A DNA stretch of 35,639 nt from Folioceros fuciformis (lineage: Eukaryota). Positions 20,736 through 31,841 of this stretch are shown here, in pieces (positions within the stretch are counted from its first letter, which is position 1; each line of letters starts with the position of its first letter). The notes beneath the pieces are model-generated. The model searched no databases, had not been told where the DNA came from, and worked only from the letters and a program-made list of their open reading frames with translations. The position numbers and the translations under genes are program-made. The stretch lies in contig JBNGIO010004533.1 in the NCBI GenBank assembly GCA_049999805.1, positions 1-35,639 on the forward strand, given 5' to 3'.

Positions 20736-22610
20736 GCGTTGGCACAGGATCAGAGCTGAGATCCGACGAGCCACAGCATGCATGTTGCTTTTCGAATTAC
20801 GTGTGTGTTTCTCCTTTGTCGAGAAACGCAGCAGGTTGGCCTCGGAAAACTACCCAACTGTTTGACGAAGTCCAATCCTTGACACTCGAGTCACGCGACA
20901 ACTGCAAGGCTGGCAGCCTTTAATGCATTGCTATTATTCGAGATAAGGAGAAGCTGGCCAAAGATTTCTGGCATCTCCTTATCCCCTAGAAGCTGCTCTG
21001 TCAGGAAGCTGTCGTGCACCCTTGCGTATCTTATTACTATACTCGGCTGCAAGTGGCAGGAGGAGGTAGCCAGGGAAAGTGCACAAGAAGGTGCCACAGC
21101 AATCCTGCTCTTTGGGGCTGCAAGACATGACGTTATGTACTTTCGTCCGCATGCACAGCGTGCAGTCTGCGAAAAGCCGGTGAAAACATTAATGTACCTG
21201 TGGAGTACACAAAGTATGTGTACATATGTAGGTGAGTGGCATGTCAACAAGTCTTCCAACGACGAGACTGCAGCCCTGGCGAGGGCTTCCAAGATGGTAG
21301 CACGTACGTACAAGAGGAAGTTGGAGTTCCAAGGCGATCCTGCGACCGGAACTCCATTGCCACGCGCGGTAAGCACAGAAAACTGGAAGCAAGATCTTGC
21401 GTACTGCACAGTTAAGACCTGGCATTACTTCCAACTAGGCACTATGGCACCGTCTTCCTCCTCCTCGAAAACCACTTCTCAACGAGAGCTGCAATCGCTC
21501 CTTCAGAGCTGAATGAGGCGGACGCAACTGTAGTACGGACAAACCTTGATGAAACTGAGAATATGGTTCCAAGACTGTGTGGTACGCGCACAGCACAGCA
21601 CAGGAGCAGGAGCGTGTGGAAGCCACACTCCCTCCAGAATCCAGACAGCTGTAGCAAGGCAATAGTGGAAGCAGTGATCCAATGCGCCTCCAGGATGGTG
21701 ATGCGCAACGCAAGGACGAGGGAAGACGACATCCATGTCGTTCCCGAGCGGGATGAGACGGCCGTACGCTTAGCGTGTGGTTTTGGCCAAGGAGTGGCTG
21801 AGAGAAACGTCGGGCCGAGTGGAGCCGCGATTCCGAAGGAAGGTGCTGGAGGGTTCCAGGATGGTCTGGGCCCGGGCCTTGGCCGAAACGCAGGCGACGC
21901 TGCGGACGTGCGGCTCGAGGGCAGGTTGTACCAGAGGAAATCGGGTAGGTGAGGTGGCGGCAGTGGGGCACGTTCTGCCACAGCCCGAACGCGGCGCCAT
22001 GTGAGGTGTTCCATTGTTTTTGCGATATTGCTCAGATAAGACCAAAATATCGTGCCCTAAACTTCTCTATCGTTAGAGTTTTCGAAGTTGCAGGCCCTGA
22101 ATAAGCGACGGCGTGCGGTTTTGCCTCAAGGGGCCGTGCCCCAGAGTGTAGAAACACAGGAAATTAAGCCTGCATTTAGCATTAGCTGCCACTTGCAGCC
22201 ACGGGTCCTGGCGCACTATGGGCGCGCAGATGCGCAGATTGCGCCTCCTGGAGATGGCACCTGTTAGTGCGGGTCTTTCTTGGGCCATTTCTTATACCCG
22301 TGCCAGGCTCTGCTGCCTCCCACGCTCACCGCAAGTGCAGATCGCAGCTTGCAGCTTGCATTGCGCTGAGTGTTTGCTGGCTTCTGCCTGCTTCAGACCA
22401 GCTCGAGCAGTACGAGGCGGACAAGGCTGCTGTGACGTCTTGTATCTTCTTCGCCGAATCTGTTCTCTGTCATCAGGCAATCGGTCTTGCGTTGCAGTCT
22501 CTTTTGTCTCGCCTTCAACTTCCACTCTGTCCTTCCAGTGGCCTGGACAAGTACTGGAAGTAGAGCACGAAATCTACGCAACCACTCAGCAATCCGGCCC
22601 AGTGAAAGAG

Positions 22611-22646
22611 GGAGGAGGAGGAGGAGGAGGAGGAGGAAGAAGAAGA
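22611..22646. repeat. (GGA)n(AGA)n microsatellite upstream of the peroxidase
   Basis: Direct reading of the sequence. Confidence 0.9.
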
Positions 22647-22791
22647 GGGGAGGCCGCAGAAGCGGAGCCGCCGATCTCCAGCTACGTGAATCGTGCTGGT
22701 CCAGGCTGCCATCTTGGACAGCGGATCGTTGGAACAGCCGTTGCCCGTAACTAGGACGCAGCCTGAAGGACCCGCATTGTCTTTGTCCACG

Positions 22792-24035
22792 ATGGCGAGC
22801 CCCAAGACGGTGACGCTTCTTCTGCTGGGGTTGCTTGCAGCGCTGCTAGCCACCGAGGTGAATGCGCAGCTGTCGGCTACTTTCTACAGTAAGAGTTGCC
22901 CGAACGCGGCGGCTATCATCAAGCAGGCTGTGTTGGACCAGTTCAATCAGGACCAGTTCGAGGTGCCGTCGGTGCTCCGCCTCTGCTTCCACGACGCCTT
23001 CGCCGGAAATGTGAGTCCACCTTCTTTCGCACCGCGACGCGCGGTCCTAGCCGCATAGATATGGGAAAGGAGGGATCTCGATTTACTGACGACGGCGATG
23101 GTGCCCCTGGTGCAGGGAATCGACGGAGGCATCCTCATCACGGGCTCCAAGTCGGAGCAGGTGGCGGAAGGCAATACGGATCTGGCGGTCAACGGCTTCG
23201 ACGCCATAGCCAATGTGAAGGCGGCGGTGGAGGCCAAGTGCAAGGGTGTGGTCTCGTGCTCCGACATTCTGGCGCAGGCCTGCCGGGACGTCGTGGTGCT
23301 GGCGGGTGGGCCGACCTGGGATGTCAGGTACGGGCGCAGGGACACCAGGGTAGCGCTGGCCAGCAACGTGCACCTTCCGGGCGGGGACACGAGCCTGGAC
23401 GAGATCATCGCGGACTTCGAGAAGCTCGGGCTAACAGTCCATGACGTGGTGACGCTGTCCGGTGAGCAATTCCATTCCGGGCTGCAATGGCTTTTTCTAA
23501 ACTGTCTTCGCCTTCCTACTCCAGTTTGAATTACCATCACTTGGAGAGGACGGAACTTCGCGACCAACGTGCGGAACGTGGGAGGAGTCTGAATCGTTTC
23601 GCTCTTGTTGTTCTGGCTGCAGGCGCGCACACGGTCGGATTCGCGCACTGTCACTCCTTGGTGAAAAGGCTGTACAACTTCAACAGCACGGTGCAGACGG
23701 ACCCGGCGCTGGACCCTTCGCTGGCCCAGCAGCTCAAGGACACCTGCCCCAAGAAGAACTTCGACCCGGACGTTGTGGTGCCTCTGGACCCCAACAGCGT
23801 CTTCAGGTTCGACAGGATCTATTTCAAGAACCTGCGGACAGGGCAGGGGGTGCTGGCGTCGGACCAGATTCTGGCCAGCGACAGACGCACGAGAGGCCTT
23901 GTCAAGAGGTTTTCCAAGAACACCAAGACCTTCTTCGCCGCCTTCGCAGACGCTATGGTGCGCATGAGCGAGGCCAACGTGCTGACCGGCACGCAGGGAG
24001 AAGTGCGCTTGGTCTGCTCCAAAATCAACAAGTGA
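22792..24035 (+). CDS. Class III secretory peroxidase; exons 22792-23010, 23116-23461, 23623-24035
   Basis: Signal peptide, QLSATFYSKSCPN, distal RLCFHD, VVSCSDILA, GGPTWDVRYGRRD, proximal LSGAHTVG, FDRIYFKNL, LASDQIL, and GEVRLVCSKIN. Both introns are GT-AG. Confidence 0.96.
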
Positions 24036-24335
24036 AGACCAGGACTTCATTCCACAGTCGAAAGTTCTTCAAGCGTATGGTTGTAGGGTACGTGATTCAC
24101 CTTACCATTATTTGAGCTTGCTCCAACATCTGGAGGCAGCGACGGAATAAGGTGGCATGCTGCACAGTTAACCCGTTGCCAGGTGCGGTGGGATGGGAAC
24201 CTTGGTGCTTGTCCATGCCCTGTAGGCCCAACTATTGGGCCTACTCTTTGTATTTTCTTTTTGAGTCTTTGTAAATCAATCAAGTATTCCACCACAACCC
24301 CTAGCCTGCTCGACCGAAAATGTGGCTATGTTGTA

Positions 24336-26327
24336 TTATAATGTATCCAGCTTCAAGCTTAAGACTTTTATGAAGGCATGCAACTGCTGGTGTTGTGGAT
24401 GGCGGCAGTCACCCACTACGAAAGTATGCATCTTCTGTTCGTACACTATCCAGCTCTCACCAGGCTTCTTCCAGGCACCTTGAAATTGCCTAAGACTGTG
24501 AACCTCAGCAGCCTTGCCCAGTAGGCCAGCATCTGCGTACATGTGAGACATGAGTACGTAGGACAGTGAGTGTTTCGGATGCAGACGCACTGCTTGGTTG
24601 AAGGCTTCTTCACCCAGAGCTACGTTGCCATGCTTTCGGCAAGCTCCCATAACGCACAGCCATGTGGATAAGGCAGGTTGCACAGGCATGTTTGACATGA
24701 GCTCTTGCAGCCTGGAGAAGCGTCCAGCACGGCCCAACAGGTCGATCATAGTGCCGTAGTGTTCCGTGTTTGGGGTGATGTTGTAGTCCCTGCTCATGGA
24801 TTCCAAGTACTTCTCGCCTTGCTCCACCAGGCCGGCATGGCTGCAAGCGGAGAGGAGTGAAAGGAAAGTGACTTCGTCTGGCCTGGTTCCAGCCATCTGT
24901 AGATGCTGGAAACACTGCACCGCTTCCTCGCCGTAGCCGTGCTGCGCGTAGGCAGAGATCATGGCGCTCCATGTCACCACATCTTTTTTCGGCAAGCTCT
25001 GAAAAACCCGGCATGCGTCCTCCAAGCTCCCACATTTGGCGTACATGTCAACCAGGCTGTTACCGACAAGCAAGGCAGCATCCAGACCTAGGGCTTGAGT
25101 CTGGGAGTGCAGTTGCCTCCCCTGGTGCAGGGCTCCCATGCTGGCGCAGGCCTTTAACAGGCATGCGAACGCGACATGGTCGGCTAGGCTAATGCCCTCC
25201 TGCAGCATGCTTGCATAGAGATTGAGGGACTCCATGCCGAACCCGTGCTGAGCATATCCTGAGATCATGGCAGTCCAGGCCACCACATCTTTCTCAGGCA
25301 GATTGTCGAACACCCGGCGGGCATCCTCCAGGGAGCCACATTTGGCGTACATGTCCACCAGGCAGCTTCCAATCACCATATCAGCTTCCAATCTCCGGTC
25401 CTTTATCAGAGCATGGAGCTCCATGCCATGCTGCAAAGCTCCGACACTGGCGCAAGCTTTCACAAGGCAGGCAAGAGTGACATGGTCAGGGACCGACAGC
25501 CCCTCCTGCTGCATGCTCGCATAAAGGGACAGGGATTCCTGACCACGCCCATGCTGCAGGTACCCTCCTATCATGGCAGTCCAGGACACAACATCCTTGG
25601 TGGGCATCTGGTCAAACACTCTGCGGGCATCCTCCAGGCTGCCACATTTGGAGTACATGTCCACTAGACAGTTGCCCACAAACACATTGGGCTCCAAGCC
25701 AGAGCCCAAAACATCAGCATGGACTTCCTCACCAGATGCCAAATCTGCTGCAGCTGCACATGCTTTCAGAACGGCCACAAACACATGGTTGTCGGCCTTT
25801 GCACCGGACTGTCGCATTCTTCGGTACAGTGTCACGGCCTGTGCAGGCTGCCCAAGTTCAACATGGGCCAAAATGATGGACACCCACATGAAGGAGTCTG
25901 GTGTAGCCAGCCTGGTGAACACCTGCATTGCCTCATGCAGCCTCCTCTGAGAAGCGTACATGCGGATGACGTGGTTGGCCAAAAAGGCGTTGGACTCATA
26001 TCCACTTTTCACTGTCAGAGCATGAACTCGCTTCCCAGAATTCAAATCCCTTTGCCGAGCGCACCTGCTCAAAGCAGCATAAAAGAGAGATGAGGGAATG
26101 TAAAGTCCTTGATCGATCGCCTGACTCACCTGCTCCTCCTCACTCTTGATCCAGAACTGCCCAGTGTTCTCCCTTTCCCACTCCCGTCCCCTGTCCCTTT
26201 CCCTTTCCCTTTCCACTTGTTTCACCTCCTTAGCGCTGTCCAACCAGGCAGCACCTTGAGCAGGAATCGTCCTCAACTGTCTGTCCTCACAAATTCTGCT
26301 CCAGGTTGCTATCTGCTTCATTCCCAC
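24336..26327 (-). CDS. PLS-class PPR protein, E+ type (no DYW core)
   Basis: 663-aa ORF with three DMYxKCG S motifs, E1/E2, and KKPGESWIV..FVVGD..HP, then a stop. The first in-frame ATG is two codons in (MKQI), so the start is uncertain. Confidence 0.94.
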   Translation of the reverse strand: MGMKQIATWSRICEDRQLRTIPAQGAAWLDSAKEVKQVERERERDRGREWERENTGQFWIKSEEEQVSQAIDQGLYIPSSLFYAALSRCARQRDLNSGKRVHALTVKSGYESNAFLANHVIRMYASQRRLHEAMQVFTRLATPDSFMWVSIILAHVELGQPAQAVTLYRRMRQSGAKADNHVFVAVLKACAAAADLASGEEVHADVLGSGLEPNVFVGNCLVDMYSKCGSLEDARRVFDQMPTKDVVSWTAMIGGYLQHGRGQESLSLYASMQQEGLSVPDHVTLACLVKACASVGALQHGMELHALIKDRRLEADMVIGSCLVDMYAKCGSLEDARRVFDNLPEKDVVAWTAMISGYAQHGFGMESLNLYASMLQEGISLADHVAFACLLKACASMGALHQGRQLHSQTQALGLDAALLVGNSLVDMYAKCGSLEDACRVFQSLPKKDVVTWSAMISAYAQHGYGEEAVQCFQHLQMAGTRPDEVTFLSLLSACSHAGLVEQGEKYLESMSRDYNITPNTEHYGTMIDLLGRAGRFSRLQELMSNMPVQPALSTWLCVMGACRKHGNVALGEEAFNQAVRLHPKHSLSYVLMSHMYADAGLLGKAAEVHSLRQFQGAWKKPGESWIVYEQKMHTFVVGDCRHPQHQQLHAFIKVLSLKLDTL

Positions 26328-26941
26328 CGCCGTGAAGCAGTGTCCTGCTGCTATGGTTTTCTAGTTGGTGCTCAACTTCCCGACATACAATTCTCCCTGC
26401 TACTAGCCCTACAAATGCTGGTGCCATGAATCCGCGTTGACCTCCAAGGGAGCAGCGACGAAATGGTACACCCAGCAATCCACATCAACTGCCACGCTTT
26501 TAGCCCATCGAGGGCGATTTGTGAACGCAATGAGTGGACGCCAAATTGCTACTTCCTCCGCCTCTCAAGGCGTAACATGCCACGACTCTCGTTCCATGCG
26601 GTCGTAGACGTCCTGCAGCACATCGCCGTTCAATAGAATTTGCTGTAAACTCTAAGTTCGACGCATATGCATGACCTGGAGCGGACGTTCTGGAATTTTG
26701 CGCGAAAAAAAGGAATTGAAGGGACCGTGTGTACGTCTGTAGCCAGAGACGGGGGTTCCTTCACGGCACGCTGTGATTTGTACGAGGGTTCTACCTGGCG
26801 ATCAGCTGCAACGAGTCCGACAAGCCCCAACGAGTCATGCAAGAGTGGAAGTAACCGCCAAAACCCTTCTTTCTCATTGCACTATTCTGAGGTCCGTGTT
26901 TTGATGACTCCTTTCAGCTGCGGCATGGAACCTTAACCTCT

Positions 26942-28690
26942 TCATCTGAAGAAGAATTTCCATATCTCTCGCACATTCGAGCTGCCATCAGCAAACTCTG
27001 CCACGAGATGAGCCCCCATGATACCTGGACACATCGACCGCAGACATCAGGATACCCGAAGCAATTGCTTCAATCGGTGAATCTCAAAGTTTTGTCACGA
27101 TACAAACCTTCTTCTTCCACGACGCTCTTAAACTGTCTGCTGCCACCCCCAACACCGAAATAATGCTTCTTGGCAGCCATGTACACCACACCATAAGAAG
27201 GCCTGAGACACTGCATAAAAGAACGAGGGAACCACCAAAGAGTCAATGGTTAAGCTCAGGTAAAGCTTGCCACAAACCTGAAAGACAGGGAAGCAACAAC
27301 ACAAGCACCAACCTTCTTTATCAAAGCGTACAGTTTGGGTAGAGAGGAAAGGGAGTAAACAGTTTCTGACATCAAGATGATGTCGTACCCGCCTTCACCC
27401 TCGCTGGTATCAACTGCCTTGTCGCAAGCTCTGCTGCCAGAGCGACTTCTCAACCGAGACCTGACTCTTTCAGTGGGAGGCTGAGTGGAGGCAATATCAT
27501 CACCGCTAGTACTCCTATTGAGCAGCAGTTCTCCATCACCAAAGGAAAATTTAAATTCTGCACTGTTGCCATCGTCAGTGAACTCGGATGCTTGGCTCGG
27601 GTGGACAACAGACAGCAGATGGTGAACATCACTCCAATCACCAGCAAAGAACCGCACTTCAGGGGTGAGCTCCTTCAGCTCCTTGGACCTTGACGACAGG
27701 TGAGCATCACTCAGCCGTGGAGTCTTCGCCGGGGAGTTCTCCAAGGTGTTCACATAGACATTCGGGATCGTGAGGGACTTCAAAACGGCCGCATTGAAGT
27801 CTTGAAAATGAACAGCTGACGCCCCCTAAGGGAAGACATCACACCGATAAGGAGACGTGAGGCAGGACGGTCCAAAGCAGTAGCAAGCCAACCTGTCAAG
27901 GCCAACAACAGGACCTGACACAACTAACCTTCACACAGGCAAGAATTCCAGGAAGCCCGTGCCCGCATCCCAGCTGATAACAAGTACGGCACATGGAATG
28001 TGTCAGAACCACATGAACGGTAACAAGAATCCCAACACAGCAGTTACAAAGAAGCAAACCTCTAGCACCCGCTTCCCCCGAAAAGTGAGCCTCCCATCCT
28101 GAATTTCTCGACGAAGAGTTTCAATCAAGTCAATGGTGCACTCCCAGAGCTTGAACCCTCCTATTAAAACCAACACGACGCATGCTCCAGTCACTCCCAC
28201 CGGTGGCAGGCGGGAACTTGGGAATCGCAAGGGAAGAAGACAGTTCAGAATTTTACCCTCATACTTCCCAGGCACAAGGTCAGTATTGGACACACCAAGA
28301 GCAGCAGCTGCACTAACTCTGCCCTGCGATGTTGCAACACCTCACACACATCAGACATATGGTGACATACAATGGCCTACAAGCTCCAACTTCACCCGCG
28401 TCGTACTAACTACCTTGAGAAGAGTGAGCCCCCGCTCTAGAGCAACCGGTTCTGTCACGTATGTCTTGGGCGTCACTTCCTGCACATCACCCAGTCCATC
28501 AGGGCATGGCAAGAAACACCATCCCGTACAGAATCAAAGCTGAAAGGTAGAGTACCTCGTCCTGGAACACCTCAACAGCGGGAGGAGGAGGGGCCACAGG
28601 CGCAGAAGGAGCCCGGTTGATGAGCTCCTTTTCCGGATCCTGAACCACACAGTGCGTGGTGAGGCACGCAAGGAAAGAGGGAGCCTTCAT
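26942..28690 (-). CDS. METTL18: Histidine protein methyltransferase 1 homolog (METTL18/HPM1-like), multi-exon
   Basis: MKAPSFLA..., DLVPGKYEG/GFKLWEC, GKRVLE/LGCGHGLPGI (SAM motif I), VHFQDFNA, FFAGDW, YDIILMSETVY, AAKKHYFGVGGG, and NVREIWKFFFR* (TGA 26944-26942). Confidence 0.92.
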
Positions 28691-30190
28691 ATTCTGGCGG
28701 TGTCCCTTCTCCTCGTCGGTGGAAGGCAGGCAGGCTCGCTCCTGACTCCAGCCGTTGTCACAAGCTGATGAGAAAAGGGACGTGGACGGGGAGGCGCACC
28801 TCACAGTCCCCGGCGGCAGCGGCGGTGGCGAAGTTGAAGCGGAATGGCAGCCCTTCCCCACCCCAATCCATCACCTCCTACTGCAGCTCGCTGCTACCCT
28901 CTGCCCTGCTCTGCTCTGTTCGCTGCAACAAGTCTCCACACCGTTCCATGGGAACCGGATCCAACCTTAAACAACACGAAAATTGTGCTACTGAATTGCT
29001 GCGCCTCCTGTTGCGCCTCGCCTGGGACTTCCTGATTGGTCAGACGTTCAGAAGGCATTTTCCAAGTCAAACGTAAAGGGACTACAGCTTTGATGGCATG
29101 GGATGGCGTGCGCGTTGCGAAAGCACACAGAAATCGTGGCCGTTGTATCCAAGACCTTTCCTTTCCTACGTTAGACCAACCCCAACCCTAATAGAATGTC
29201 GACAGGGTGCGACAAAGTGCTCGATTGCTCCCAGATGCGACTGCGGCTAACAAGCTGTGCATCCAGCGCGGGATTGGAGATATTCGACCAAAGGCCGCGC
29301 AGGTGCCAGGGTTTAGAAAAGATAGAGCTGAGCGGAGCACGGCATGACGTGCGCCAATGTGGACAGTTTTCTGTCTTAGTTTCGAGGCGTCAGCTCCAAA
29401 AGTTGTGATCGCACAAATGTAAACGACAGGGCCAATTGGGCGGCATCCAACTCCCTGTCGATGCGTCTTACAAGCAGCGTGACTGAGTACATAATTGGCA
29501 GCAAACGCAAAGGGCCATCAACATGAACGCGTTGCTGTGATTGGTCGCTGGGGACGTCCTCTAGTCCCGGGCGCAGCCAGAGTTGTGGGACATGTTTGGA
29601 GAGGAGGCAAGTGAGAAAACGAGAAACGTCGGCTTACATGAAGGTACCAAAGTACTTCACACATGACTGACGAGGGCGTAGCCCGAGTCTCACCAAATTT
29701 TCTGTGAGATCGGCGTTTGACTGTCAACACCCTATCACCTGCACACGTCCATCTAACTTCATTTCAATTTGCAGCACACGTTCGATTAACAGAGGGTCTA
29801 CTGCCTAACAACCGAGCTGCGAGGTTAGAGGGTGCCTAGAATTGAAATGGTCAGAATTTCAAAATTCTACTCGTCCACAAGAAGATTAATAGATATTTAC
29901 ACGGTATGTACAGCGTCAGTATTAGTGGCGCTCCTTTGCCTGGGGATGCGGGCGAACCACCTTGTCGTGGCTTGCCACCAACAGCCGGATGCATGCCCAC
30001 AGCAAGAGTGCAGGCCATGCATGACCTGCTTGCTCCACAGCTGCTCACTGGTCCACTGTCACACAATCAACCTCAACTTTTACGTTATCCAATTTCAGAA
30101 TACATTATAGGCAGACGGATTGACACCAGCACAAATACAGAGGCTTTTCCAACGCAACAATCAATTAGCCCTTCTCATTCGCTCAAAGAG

Positions 30191-31039
30191 TTATGGTAGG
30201 AAAGGATGATGTGGGGTGGAATCTGTCTTCTGCTTTTGGTACGCCCTGCAAAGACGAGGCCCAGCCCTCAGTTTGGAACATGATGTTGTAGAGGGGGGCG
30301 GTAGACATAGCCAGACTTGTCTGCAACATCTAACCTCTTGGCTCGATATGCACCTAACGACACGGTGGTGAAAATCATGGCCACAAACGGAAGGCCCGCA
30401 AGGACGTAGTAAGCTCGGCTGCCCTTCCTCACCAGCCCGACTGGAGGTCTCCCACCTAGAAAACACGAACAAGATGTTGATACCTCGCCTCTGAACAGCG
30501 CCCAACGAAAATCTTGCGAACGTTCAGTATCGAATGCAATTTGTTCCTAACCAGCAGCATATCCCCCTGCTGAATAAAACGAGCCAGACTTCCAAGCTGC
30601 ATGTGAAACGCACATTGAGCGCCATCTGTAAGATCCAAGCAAGCAGCACAATAATTCGATGAGCAACCTACATACCTTTGTTCAGGCAGGTGTACGCTTC
30701 CGTAACCTGAACCAAACATAATCCAATCAGTCAAGCAACGGACAGACGTGTAGTAAGGGGAGGAGATGGAGCACGGAACATACCTCTTTGAAAGCAGTTT
30801 CAGCCTCAAGCTTCTTACTGGGAGGTAAGAGATCCGGGTGACATTCCAAAGCCTTCCTCTTGTACGCCTCCTTCACCTGTAGGAGAGGAAGAAACAGTCC
30901 AGACAGGCACATGAGTAAATCCCTGGATGCAGCACACTCCTGATATTCAGCACAGGTTTTCTCGTCAGAGAAGCAGTACCTCCTGCAGCGTGGCGCCGGG
31001 GAGAAGCCCTAGAATGGCTTTAGCATCATCCACGTGCAT
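30191..31039 (-). CDS. Small J-domain protein with a C-terminal TM segment (DnaJ 72-like), multi-exon
   Basis: Exons MHVDDAKAILGLLPGATLQE / VKEAYKRKALECHPDLLPPSKKLEAETAFKE / VTEAYTCLNK / ..LAGLPFVAMIFTTVSLGAYRAK / RAYQKQKTDSTPHHPFLP*. It has the HPD motif and a PFLP ending as recalled for plant DnaJ72. Confidence 0.88.
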
Positions 31040-31577
31040 CTCTCAAATTCAATTCGGAGCATCAAAATTCCCTTTCCGCATAGCCCAGGGTTTCACAGTC
31101 TTCCTGTTCGAAATCTACTCCCTCGCACGAAAATCCTTCTCAAAATCAGTGGCGCGTTGGGCCTCAATTCCCAGCCTAATCCTTACCCTTCTAGCCAAGC
31201 CAAGGAATGCTATTCCAGAAAGGACATACCGATCACGACCCAAGGGCGTCAGCTATACTCAGCTACGACAAGTTGGGGACTCGTGGATGCCACCGAACTC
31301 CATCCGTCGTGAGCTCCGAACGCGCGAATCGCAACCCTAGGCTCCTCGCCCTCCCGGGCTACGTGTCGGACTTGCTGCGACGTCTCACTGGGACACTATC
31401 TCGTTCAGTGGTTACGACAAAGAACCGAAAGGTGACGGACAGAACCTAAGAGTTACGAAGGCACGCCAAGTACACCGGGAAATTACACTACAGTATGTGC
31501 ATACTTGCAACAAGAGTCGAGGATTTTCATCATTGGATGTGGTTCTGAACAACTTACCATGGTACAACTAATTCCTT

Positions 31578-31841
31578 GTTCAGAGCGCCATGGTGCACGT
31601 AAAGTACTTGTTCAGATCGCCATGGTGCACGTAAAGTACTTGTTCAGAGCGCCATGGTGCACCTGAAGTACTTGTTCTGACCGCCATGGTGCACGTAAAG
31701 TACTTGTTCAGATCGCCATGGTGCACCTAAAGTACTTGTCCAGAGCGCCATGGTGCACCTAAAGTACTTGTTCTGAGCGCCATGGTGCACCTAAAGCACT
31801 GTTGTGAGCGCCATTGTGCACCTAAAGTACTTGTTCTGAGC
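31578..31841. repeat. 32-bp minisatellite, 8 copies plus a partial copy
   Basis: Unit GTTCAGAGCGCCATGGTGCAC(G/C)TAAAGTACTT, head-to-tail with no spacers. Confidence 0.97.

Noticed and set aside
22947..24050. 367-aa antisense ORF over the peroxidase
   Set aside because: It is a shadow ORF caused by GC-rich codon usage and has no recognisable domain.
11715..26093. Many short antisense or alternative-frame ORFs with repeated motifs (for example ASSKLPHLAYMST) inside the PPR genes
   Set aside because: They are reverse-frame echoes of the PPR repeats.
27420..27600. Ser/Asp-rich insertion within the METTL18-like protein
   Set aside because: It is a low-complexity loop that, as I recall, is common in plant homologs; nothing marks it as novel.
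29184..29191. Telo-box-like AACCCTAA upstream of METTL18 (another at 31852-31860)
   Set aside because: These are isolated 8-9-mers, several hundred bp from the start codons, and could occur by chance.
31578..31841. CRISPR-like array (32-bp repeats starting GTT)
   Set aside because: Units are directly adjacent with no unique spacers, no cas genes are present, and the context is eukaryotic.
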